In this document: piece after piece, positions 56,545 to 63,977 of the stretch
How the letters are laid out: each line of letters opens with the position of its first letter
Numbering within the stretch: the stretch's first letter is position 1
Source: a virus
Reading direction: 5' to 3' (one strand)
Virus record (IMG/VR): IMGVR_UViG_3300042399_002267
Length of the DNA stretch: 64,000 bases
Made by a program: the position numbers and the translations under genes
Notes under the pieces: generated by a model
Seen by the model: only the letters and a program-made list of their open reading frames with translations
What the model was told of the DNA's origin: nothing
The model's database searches: none

Positions 56545-56784
56545 CTAGTGGAATTCTTGGAAATAAGGACATTTTTGATAGCCAGAACCATCTCTGACCC
56601 ATCCATTTCCTTTACATTTATTTTTGCCTTTTCCTAAGCATTCACAAACTCCAATTGGATTTCCATTTCTTATGATAATATTATCGATTTTTGCTTGTTC
56701 TTCTTGAGTAAGATTAAGAAATTCTTCTACTGATCCTACTTTGAATCCAGCATTTTCCAATCGATTTTTCTTATCTTCATCCAT
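56545..56784 (-). CDS. Small protein: antitoxin-like N-terminal segment fused to a Cys-rich zinc module
   Basis: MDEDKKNRLENAGFKVGSVEEFLNLTQEE + CECLGKG..KCKGNGW...KCPY; start at 56784 overlaps the upstream stop. Confidence 0.5.
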   Translation of the reverse strand: MDEDKKNRLENAGFKVGSVEEFLNLTQEEQAKIDNIIIRNGNPIGVCECLGKGKNKCKGNGWVRDGSGYQKCPYFQEFH

Positions 56785-57007
56785 TATTGAATCTTTCAAA
56801 CCGCTTTTCAATTTGAAATTTTTCATCGAGAGGTAATACAAGCAAATCAGAAACTTGCCAATCATTAAGTGTTTGCTTATTGATGACAGTTTTAAATTCT
56901 AAATTACCATCAACCAATCGCCAATATTTCACAACATTCCCATTTGTATGTGAAACTTCAGAACCTTGTTTCAACTCATAAAACAAATCAAAATTTATAT
57001 TAAACAT
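56777..57007 (-). CDS. Small protein, divergent relative of the Tad2-like array; paralog of 58951..59166
   Basis: ELKQGSEV...WRLVDGNL...W...LVLP shared with 58951..59166. Confidence 0.45.
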   Translation of the reverse strand: MFNINFDLFYELKQGSEVSHTNGNVVKYWRLVDGNLEFKTVINKQTLNDWQVSDLLVLPLDEKFQIEKRFERFNNG

Positions 57008-57014
57008 AATTATC

Positions 57015-57419
57015 CTAATCTTCCTCTTCGTTATCAGAATCTTCTAGTGCTGCAGCTAAATCTGCAGGCACTACATCCCACATAAAACCTTTGTCTTCGA
57101 GAGTGTCTGTGTTCCAAGGTTCTAATTCTTCAAGCCAAACACGATAATCTTCATAAGTATCATCATATTCGTCTTGCAAAGTTTCAAAATCTAGTGAATA
57201 TTCTTTACCATAAAACTTCATTGCTTTGTCAAAAATACTGCAATCGCAATCAATTTCAAGATAAGCATAACCTTCTTCATTCAAAGGTGTTCTACCAGTT
57301 CCAAGATATGAAAAATCACTAATGATTTCAATAAGATTTAAGTCATTGATAAGTTCAAGATCAACTTTCCAGTAATCATGACGATAGCAATCAATTGTTT
57401 GAATTGTAATTTTTTCCAT
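57015..57419 (-). CDS. Acidic hypothetical protein (YLExDCD family)
   Basis: HDYWKV...ISDFSY...AYLEIDCDC..F..A; strongly acidic C-terminal half; GAGG RBS. Confidence 0.6.
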   Translation of the reverse strand: MEKITIQTIDCYRHDYWKVDLELINDLNLIEIISDFSYLGTGRTPLNEEGYAYLEIDCDCSIFDKAMKFYGKEYSLDFETLQDEYDDTYEDYRVWLEELEPWNTDTLEDKGFMWDVVPADLAAALEDSDNEEED

Positions 57420-57501
57420 AATTATTTCCTCTTATTTTTCTGAAACTTCTGAATCTTAGTCAGCAGTAATATCAATGTCAAAAGATAAATTTAATTTGTA
57501 T

Positions 57502-57732
57502 TTAGCCATTGATTACCTCCCAATCATCATCTTTCATAATATCATGAAAGATTTCTTGAAGTTTGTATTGAGCCTCTTGTGGTGAATCAACATTTCTTAA
57601 ATACATCCAACAAAGAGCTGGTGAATAATGAACCCAAGTGCCTACGTATTCAATATAAGCACCAGGAGACCATTTAAGCATACGGATTTTCTTGCCTTGT
57701 TTCAGCAATTGTAATGCTTCTAATCCACTCAT
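57502..57732 (-). CDS. Tad2/DUF2829-like protein, array copy 6
   Basis: MSGLEALQLLKQGKKIRMLKW...DIMKDDDWEVI. Confidence 0.65.
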   Translation of the reverse strand: MSGLEALQLLKQGKKIRMLKWSPGAYIEYVGTWVHYSPALCWMYLRNVDSPQEAQYKLQEIFHDIMKDDDWEVING

Positions 57733-58028
57733 TATCCATCTACCTTTTTGTTATCGTCAACAGTATCTTCTGTATCCCAATAATCAATGTCCCAATCATC
57801 AGCAATAACATCACCAGGTACTAAATCAAGACCCACTGATGCCAATTCATATTTACTTCCAATTTCATCTGGTTCATCTAGATGATATACAGACACAAAA
57901 AAATTGTCATGATATACATACACAAAACAATTGTCATCTTTGTCGTAATACATATATTTTTGTTCCCAGGCAGCTCTTGTGATTGGTTTGCCTTCCATTA
58001 AAGCATCTAATACTTCAGATAATTTCAT
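57732..58028 (-). CDS. Tad2/DUF2829-like protein, array copy 5
   Basis: MKLSEVLDALMEGKPITRAAW...GDVIADDWDI; start at 58028 (ATGA overlap). Confidence 0.7.
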   Translation of the reverse strand: MKLSEVLDALMEGKPITRAAWEQKYMYYDKDDNCFVYVYHDNFFVSVYHLDEPDEIGSKYELASVGLDLVPGDVIADDWDIDYWDTEDTVDDNKKVDG

Positions 58029-58234
58029 TCTAATATCTCCCAATCATCACTCAAAAATTCAGTAGCATCAACAACTCTATTAGTCCAAATAAGTCTTCCG
58101 CCAAAGCCCCATCTAATTTCATTGTGTCGATCTATAGCTCCGAGCATCTGAAACAAATACTCACCTTTTTTCCAATGAAGCCTTCGTACTTGATAACCTT
58201 TACGAATTGCTTTAAGTGCTTTTATTCCAGTCAT
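58025..58234 (-). CDS. Tad2/DUF2829-like protein, array copy 4
   Basis: MTGIKALKAIRKGYQVRRLHW...EFLSDDWEILE; start at 58234. Confidence 0.7.
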   Translation of the reverse strand: MTGIKALKAIRKGYQVRRLHWKKGEYLFQMLGAIDRHNEIRWGFGGRLIWTNRVVDATEFLSDDWEILE

Positions 58235-58496
58235 TCTACTATCTCCCAATCATCCATTAGAAAGTCATCTAATATCTCGTCTGTCAGGAGTACTGTATCT
58301 TCTAGATGATGTAAATCTTCTCCACGATATTGATTGTATTTTGGTGAAGGGGCAATTTTACATCCATCACGAGTCACATAAGTCGCTAAATACTCGCCAT
58401 CACGCCAGTGCTTACGCTTGACTTTTTTGTTTTCTCTTAGTGCTATTAGTGCTTCGAATCCAGTCATTCCACTATCTCCCAATCATCCATTAGAAA
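58227..58496. repeat. 37-bp direct repeat pair (58227-58263 and 58460-58496, one mismatch) at array gene junctions
   Basis: CCAGTCATTC[T/C]ACTATCTCCCAATCATCCATTAGAAA; shorter related copies near 58026-58048, 58706-58729 and 57513-57530. Confidence 0.9.
58231..58467 (-). CDS. Tad2/DUF2829-like protein, array copy 3
   Basis: MTGFEALIALRENKKVKRKHW...DFLMDDWEIVE; start at 58467. Confidence 0.7.
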   Translation of the reverse strand: MTGFEALIALRENKKVKRKHWRDGEYLATYVTRDGCKIAPSPKYNQYRGEDLHHLEDTVLLTDEILDDFLMDDWEIVE

Positions 58497-58712
58497 CTCA
58501 CCAGCATCTATAGCATCAAAAATACTCATGTAATCAGCAAATTTAGGGTCATCAGGTACGTGCTCTGGAGCTGGTGAAATTGAATCACACTCAACACGAA
58601 TTGACCAAAGATTATCAGAGAAATAAGCTTTACACTTTTCATCTGGTTCCCATGATTCACGTCTAAGTGTAAATCCAGCTTGTAATTTGTCTAAAGCTTC
58701 TCTACCAGTCAT
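58464..58712 (-). CDS. Tad2/DUF2829-like protein, array copy 2
   Basis: MTGREALDKLQAGFTLRRESW...EFLMDDWEIVE; start at 58712. Confidence 0.7.
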   Translation of the reverse strand: MTGREALDKLQAGFTLRRESWEPDEKCKAYFSDNLWSIRVECDSISPAPEHVPDDPKFADYMSIFDAIDAGEFLMDDWEIVE

Positions 58713-58954
58713 TCTAATATTTCCCAATCTTTCTTAAGTATATCATCAATTAATCCCTCTGCTATTTCTTGATTAAACATATTCGTCCAAGGGGTAATGG
58801 GATTTAAATCTGGTATTCTTGGAAACTCTTGTGCTTGATGAGAAAAATAACAACCATCAGATGTGAAATAAAAGTGCCAATCAGGATTTCTCCAATTGAC
58901 ACATCTTATTTTCTTTCCTTTAGACAATTCTATTAAAGCTTCTATTCCGGTCAT
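58709..58954 (-). CDS. Tad2/DUF2829-like protein, array copy 1
   Basis: MTGIEALIELSKGKKIRCVNW...DILKKDWEILE. Confidence 0.7.
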   Translation of the reverse strand: MTGIEALIELSKGKKIRCVNWRNPDWHFYFTSDGCYFSHQAQEFPRIPDLNPITPWTNMFNQEIAEGLIDDILKKDWEILE

Positions 58955-59166
58955 TCTTCATTTAACTTCTTAAAAGAATAATCTGCTTGCATAGGTAAAA
59001 TTAAATATTTTATTGTCATCCAATTTGTTGTTCCTGATTTATGCTTTACTCTGTTTTGCAATTCATTGTTTTTGATTCGCCAAACAGTCAGATTTCTTTC
59101 ATCTTTTACAATCAAAAAATATCCATCATTTAGTTTTTCAATAACATCAGAAGGAATAGGCAGCAC
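58951..59166 (-). CDS. Small protein, divergent relative of the Tad2-like array; paralog of 56777..57007
   Basis: EKLNDGYFL...WRIKNNEL...W...LILP; coupled (ATGA) to array copy 1. Confidence 0.45.
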   Translation of the reverse strand: MLPIPSDVIEKLNDGYFLIVKDERNLTVWRIKNNELQNRVKHKSGTTNWMTIKYLILPMQADYSFKKLNEE

Positions 59167-59435
59167 TAGTCAACCTCATAGTTTTTCCTGAAAGTTTCTC
59201 TGACATTTTTATCCCAAAGCAACTCAGACGCAAAACCAATAGTACCGGAATCAAAATGAACCCATACAGTTTTACCATCATCAGAGAGACTAATTTCAAT
59301 GATATCGTCATTATTATATTGAAACTCTTCACAAAAAATAGATGCTATTTTAGATAAATAAGCTTTAAATCTAGTAAAACTGTATATTCGACCCCTAACA
59401 TATTCTTCGCCATAAATTTTTGGATCAGTTTGCAT
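59166..59435 (-). CDS. Hypothetical protein
   Basis: 89-aa ORF in the operon. Confidence 0.55.
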   Translation of the reverse strand: MQTDPKIYGEEYVRGRIYSFTRFKAYLSKIASIFCEEFQYNNDDIIEISLSDDGKTVWVHFDSGTIGFASELLWDKNVRETFRKNYEVD

Positions 59436-59613
59436 AAGTGTACCTCACCAATAAACTAACAATTAATGATAACATTGATATAATAATTAAGAGCTTAGTA
59501 TTCATTTCAATAAAAGATTTGTCTTTTTCAAAAATAATTTTATATACCCCAGTCATAAAGTAGCAAACTAAAATAAGACATATAAAAGATAATGCTAATA
59601 AAAGAATAGTCAT
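59425..59613 (-). CDS. Small two-pass membrane protein
   Basis: Two hydrophobic stretches; AGGGA RBS. Confidence 0.55.
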   Translation of the reverse strand: MTILLLALSFICLILVCYFMTGVYKIIFEKDKSFIEMNTKLLIIISMLSLIVSLLVRYTYAN

Positions 59614-59631
59614 AAAAAAATCCCTATAAAC

Positions 59632-59659
59632 AGTATACTGCGTATAAGGATTTTGTCAA
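59632..59659 (-). promoter_or_regulatory. Sigma-70 promoter that would drive the array operon
   Basis: TTGACA-N16-TATACT upstream of 59613; no intervening terminator was seen before the array. Confidence 0.65.
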
Positions 59660-59670
59660 GAAAATATATC

Positions 59671-59859
59671 TTACACAAGTTGCCAAGTGTCTACTTTTAC
59701 ATCTTCATCATTTAGATTTTTCACTACCCACTTTGTTTTGCTGTCAAATTTCTTCATAATTTTGTTGTCTGTAAACTTTATATAAACAAAATCAGAGTCA
59801 ATAGGTCTTTTTGCAATAGAGCCATTCTTCACAGATGCCCACACATCATAAAAAGTCAT
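59671..59859 (-). CDS. Tad2/DUF2829-like protein, detached copy
   Basis: MTFYDVWASVKNGSIAKRP...EDVKVDTWQLV; GAGGTG RBS. Confidence 0.55.
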   Translation of the reverse strand: MTFYDVWASVKNGSIAKRPIDSDFVYIKFTDNKIMKKFDSKTKWVVKNLNDEDVKVDTWQLV

Positions 59860-59900
59860 TTCTGTACACCTCTATTAGTATATTTTCAGAACAACACTTA

Positions 59901-60776
59901 CTAACCTTTCTTGTGCTCTTCTTGTATTTGGTCTACTTCTGCTATAACATCAACAGCTTCCCAATCATCTGCCAGCATATCTGTGTAATTGATAGTGAAA
60001 GATTTAGCAAATTTACCAACACCCAAATGAGGCAACCAACTTCTTCTTCTAATAGTCAATCCTTGATTTAAATCTTCTAAAACATCTTTGATTGTTCTGT
60101 TAGGTAAAATAACCCAATCTTCTGCAAAAAGATCCTCCACAGTGAAAATTGCTTTAGAATTGTCATATTTATCTGGTGGAAATAAATAAATATTAGGATT
60201 GCCTTTTCTTGTGACAATTTTACCATGATTGATCATTTTTAGAGCCCATGTGATATCGGGCTTAAATTCTATATTATTTTCTTTAGCAAAATCATCAAAA
60301 TTGCTTCCAATATATTTATTTCCAAAACTATCAAAAATTTCGGAATCAACAGCATAGGGTAAATAATCTTCACCTGGATCTAAATAAGGAGAACCATTCT
60401 TATCCAATTTTGCTGCTTTCCAAGATTTATTTTTACTTTCATAGTGTGTGAAATCTTTGACTTCTTGACCCCACTGTTTAGTTTCATAATAATACTTATA
60501 TATTTTACCATCAACATGAGCAAAACCATATTTAGCCCAATTAGTGCCATTAGAGCGAGGATCTTCTTCTGCTAATAAATCATGGTAGATATAACACCCA
60601 TGAGTTTTCATCATGTTTATAGCTGCTGGTGTATTGTATTCTGCATTTTCGATATTGAAATCATAAAATTTGCTTACATTTTTGACATTCATATTTATTC
60701 CAGTACGTTTTTCAAACTCACGAATTTTATTGTGATAATAATCTTTTTGACTTTTAGGCGATTTGTCCACGAGCAT
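59901..60776 (-). CDS. Fusion protein: unknown N-terminal domain plus two tandem Tad2/DUF2829-like domains
   Basis: DITWALKMINHGKIVTRKG...EDLFAEDWVIL and IKDVLEDLNQGLTIRRRSW...TDMLADDWEAV. Confidence 0.65.
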   Translation of the reverse strand: MLVDKSPKSQKDYYHNKIREFEKRTGINMNVKNVSKFYDFNIENAEYNTPAAINMMKTHGCYIYHDLLAEEDPRSNGTNWAKYGFAHVDGKIYKYYYETKQWGQEVKDFTHYESKNKSWKAAKLDKNGSPYLDPGEDYLPYAVDSEIFDSFGNKYIGSNFDDFAKENNIEFKPDITWALKMINHGKIVTRKGNPNIYLFPPDKYDNSKAIFTVEDLFAEDWVILPNRTIKDVLEDLNQGLTIRRRSWLPHLGVGKFAKSFTINYTDMLADDWEAVDVIAEVDQIQEEHKKG

Positions 60777-60999
60777 CCTCCAATGCAGAAATTAATTTAT
60801 CAAGTTCTTCTTTATCTAAAACAACTGAATCTGAGTAAGCGAAACCATCAAAAAGAATTTTCAATCTTTTTTTCCAATTCAACTTACCATCATTAAAACC
60901 ATAATTCCAAAGTGAAATATCTACAGTTTTTAATTCTACATCGGGGCGTACATGCAGAGAATGGCACAAACAATCACAGTTTATTATGGTAGTATTCAT
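60754..60999 (-). CDS. Small hypothetical protein (CDCxCH)
   Basis: 81 aa; TGTGGTATGAT lies 6 nt upstream of the ATG. Confidence 0.6.
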   Translation of the reverse strand: MNTTIINCDCLCHSLHVRPDVELKTVDISLWNYGFNDGKLNWKKRLKILFDGFAYSDSVVLDKEELDKLISALEDARGQIA

Positions 61000-61089
61000 A
61001 TCTTAATCATACCACAAAAAAATATTTTAAAAAACATTTACAACAATATTATCACCACAAAAGTTTTATAACTTACAGGAGCAAAAAAA

Positions 61090-63429
61090 ATGTTTAATTT
61101 TTTTAAGAAAAAACTACCTAGCGATTTTGAGCAGGTACAAGAAAAGGGCAAGGAATTAAGTGAAATTTTTTACAACCCAAACCAAGAACAACCAGATTTT
61201 AATTTAATTGATAAAGTAAAAAAAAGCAAATTCCAAGATTTTGAAGTAGCATCATTTGCAAGTTTTTTTGAAAAGCTTGAATTGATACCTACTGTTGATC
61301 TTGGTGATGTAAATTTGAAGATTAGAACTACAAATCCTTCAGCACCAATTGATGCAGATTTATGTCAAGTTTGGATGAGAAGAACTTATACAAATCCAAC
61401 AAATGGACAAACCACAGAACAATGGCTTAGTTGGGTTCCTAATGATGATGTAGCTAAAAAATATTTCAAGTTTAGTTTATTCTCTGGAGAAACGCAAACT
61501 TTCAATTTTGATGTAAGCACATTTGATGTTGGAAAATATGATAGTTTTAGATTTATCTTCTTCACTTACCATTGGGACGTACTTGCAGATCAGACAGCTG
61601 AAAATGTTTCATTTGAAATTACTACAAAACAGAAAAGAGTAAAAACTCCATTTGTCGAAATTTTATCCAACAAGATTCAAGACCCAGGTGTTGATGGAAA
61701 ATTGCATATTCCATATGTAATTAAGATGCCAGCTAAGACATTTACTACTTGGGGCGGGTGGTTCTTGTTAGCTAAAGGAGCTTCAATGTTTCAACAGCCT
61801 TGGATTCCATATGCTAAAAAGAATGGCGCAGATGTTCTTCCTGACGGTGCAACAATGATAGCTGATGGTCCTGATCCATATTGGTATTCCGAAGGCGAAA
61901 TTGTTTTTGATTATCCTTCTGTAAGTGGTATTCACAATTTACAATTTGGTTTGTTTGATTATAATTGGAAAATGCAAAACTGGGTTTATCCAGGCATTAA
62001 TATTGAAGTCGGTGGAGATAATTGGGTTACTAAATGCCCAGATTCTAAATTGCCACCAAGACTAAGAGTTATCAATGGACAATTGGTAAAGCTAAGTGGC
62101 ACAGGCGGAACTGGTGGGACTATATCTAATTGTACACCTTATAATATTTATGAAGGCACAACTGGAGCCAATGCAATCACAGCTATAAGAGGTGGAAATT
62201 ACGGCAATCAATATTTGTGGTCAGAAGCACCTGATTATAATCGTACTGGATATTTTAGTTCATTGAAGTTTCTTGGACATAAGTTCTTAAGACTTTTATT
62301 TAACCCAGATAAGTATATTGCTGACAAGATTTACAGAAATAGAATTCAAGACACCATTGGTAAAATGCTTACTGCTGGATGTCATGTGATAGCTGGACCT
62401 CAACATATTCCATCAGGCAATGATTTGTATGAAAAATCTGAAGCTTTTTACAAGCTTGTTGAATTGATGGCTAACAATTGGAAGGGGTTACCAGTTTGGG
62501 TTAGCATTACAAATGAACCTAATGACATTGGTGACTGGAGTTTATGCAAGCCTATCTTTGAAAAGGCAATAACAATTTATCGTTCCATTGATGCAGATGC
62601 ATTTATTATTTGTCCAACTTCAAAGTGGTCAAAAGAAAATACAACACCAGAAGCAAATGATTTAATCGATCCTGTATTAGTTGATGCATATGCTTATCAT
62701 GCATACAACAATGCTAATGAGGTTGTTCCAAATCTTAAACCATTATTAGATAAAGGCGTAGCTGTAATTGTTGAAGAGTATGGCTGTGGAGATGCTGAAT
62801 GGCAAAAAAGTATTAACATTGAAATGCAAAAGCTTTCAAAATTATATCCAAACCTTATAGCGTTTGCTACTTGGGCTTGGACAAGAGCAGGGGAAGATGC
62901 CTGTCCAATGGTTGAGGATGGGAATCTTGCTAATGTCAAATTAACTGCAGTAGGTCAAATGCAAGCGAAGGATTTGAAAACTTGGGACAGTGGTAACTTT
63001 ATTACTGAAGGTGGTGGAACTCAACCAAATCCACTTCCTAATCCACAACCCGTACCTGTACATGTAGATGCTTACACAAAGGCTGAAATAGATACAAAAT
63101 TTACTGAATCATTAGCTTTAATAAATGAAGATTTTAAATTACATGTTAAAACTTCTTTAGAAAGTTATGATGTTCTTCAAGATGCAGAAACAAAGCAATT
63201 TTTTGAATCTGCTGTAGTAAATTTAGAACTTGTAGATATTGCTGAAATTGATGCAAAATATACAGATGTGAGTGAAGTTTCAGTTTTGTCAGGTAAAGAA
63301 ATTGCTAAGTTCAGAGCTGATTTATATAACAAAGCTCTTAGTGATTATAAGCTTATGCTTAAAGCACCAACAGTAGCAAAATTGTCTGCTTATTTAGCCA
63401 AGTTTATTGAATATATAAAACCTGTCTAA
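61090..63429 (+). CDS. Glycoside hydrolase family 5-like protein with N-terminal beta-sandwich domains and a coiled C-terminus
   Basis: Clan GH-A catalytic motifs ITNEPN and IVEEYG, YAYHAY, WAW; P-rich linker PNPLPNPQPVP; CAGGAG RBS. Confidence 0.75.
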   Translation: MFNFFKKKLPSDFEQVQEKGKELSEIFYNPNQEQPDFNLIDKVKKSKFQDFEVASFASFFEKLELIPTVDLGDVNLKIRTTNPSAPIDADLCQVWMRRTYTNPTNGQTTEQWLSWVPNDDVAKKYFKFSLFSGETQTFNFDVSTFDVGKYDSFRFIFFTYHWDVLADQTAENVSFEITTKQKRVKTPFVEILSNKIQDPGVDGKLHIPYVIKMPAKTFTTWGGWFLLAKGASMFQQPWIPYAKKNGADVLPDGATMIADGPDPYWYSEGEIVFDYPSVSGIHNLQFGLFDYNWKMQNWVYPGINIEVGGDNWVTKCPDSKLPPRLRVINGQLVKLSGTGGTGGTISNCTPYNIYEGTTGANAITAIRGGNYGNQYLWSEAPDYNRTGYFSSLKFLGHKFLRLLFNPDKYIADKIYRNRIQDTIGKMLTAGCHVIAGPQHIPSGNDLYEKSEAFYKLVELMANNWKGLPVWVSITNEPNDIGDWSLCKPIFEKAITIYRSIDADAFIICPTSKWSKENTTPEANDLIDPVLVDAYAYHAYNNANEVVPNLKPLLDKGVAVIVEEYGCGDAEWQKSINIEMQKLSKLYPNLIAFATWAWTRAGEDACPMVEDGNLANVKLTAVGQMQAKDLKTWDSGNFITEGGGTQPNPLPNPQPVPVHVDAYTKAEIDTKFTESLALINEDFKLHVKTSLESYDVLQDAETKQFFESAVVNLELVDIAEIDAKYTDVSEVSVLSGKEIAKFRADLYNKALSDYKLMLKAPTVAKLSAYLAKFIEYIKPV

Positions 63430-63437
63430 TTAAACAA

Positions 63438-63474
63438 ATAATGAACTTGTAAGGATTCCTTACAAGTTCATTAT
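63438..63474. repeat. Perfect 18-bp inverted repeat (37 bp) between convergent genes
   Basis: ATAATGAACTTGTAAGGA-T-TCCTTACAAGTTCATTAT. Confidence 0.85.
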
Positions 63475-63542
63475 GATAAGTTATTCGATAAATTAGAATA
63501 ACTTGATATACCATTTTCGTGGTGTCACGAAAATGGTTTCAT

Positions 63543-63977
63543 TTACAATATTTTTACATTAGGAAAACTTGTCAATACTTCAAATCCCATATTGTCCCAG
63601 TGTCTTTCATCAGCAAAAGGTCTGAAGTTAATCCAATATGCATTGTCTGGCAACCAAGTTCTGATTTCACCAATTTCATTCCATGTATGATAAATCAAGT
63701 GAGTGAAATTGACATTAATATCTTCAAATGGGAAATCAACTGGTAATGGAGAATCAGCTACTAAATATCCATCTTCAATTGCCACCACTCTATTTTTAGA
63801 TATATATAAATCAAATTGCGCTCTTCTATCTAAACCTTGCCAAGTTCTATTCAATGGCTCTTTTTGTCTTTCGACACTAGGTCTGAAGAAAATATCACCC
63901 TCAAATAAACCTGTACTTGGATTTTTTATAGCCTTATAGATTATTGCACCAGAACGAGTAGTGCAATAAGCATCCAT
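63543..63977 (-). CDS. Hypothetical protein
   Basis: 144-aa ORF; no recognised motif. Confidence 0.55.
   Translation of the reverse strand: MDAYCTTRSGAIIYKAIKNPSTGLFEGDIFFRPSVERQKEPLNRTWQGLDRRAQFDLYISKNRVVAIEDGYLVADSPLPVDFPFEDINVNFTHLIYHTWNEIGEIRTWLPDNAYWINFRPFADERHWDNMGFEVLTSFPNVKIL

Noticed and set aside
57425-57509. Small ORF after the last array gene (MAKYKLNLSFDIDITAD*) with a GGAGG RBS
   Set aside because: Only 17 codons before a stop. It may be a truncated remnant but is too short to support as a feature.
58227-58496. CRISPR array
   Set aside because: The 37-bp repeats are few, degenerate, separated by more than 200-bp coding genes and lie in coding junctions. No cas genes are present.
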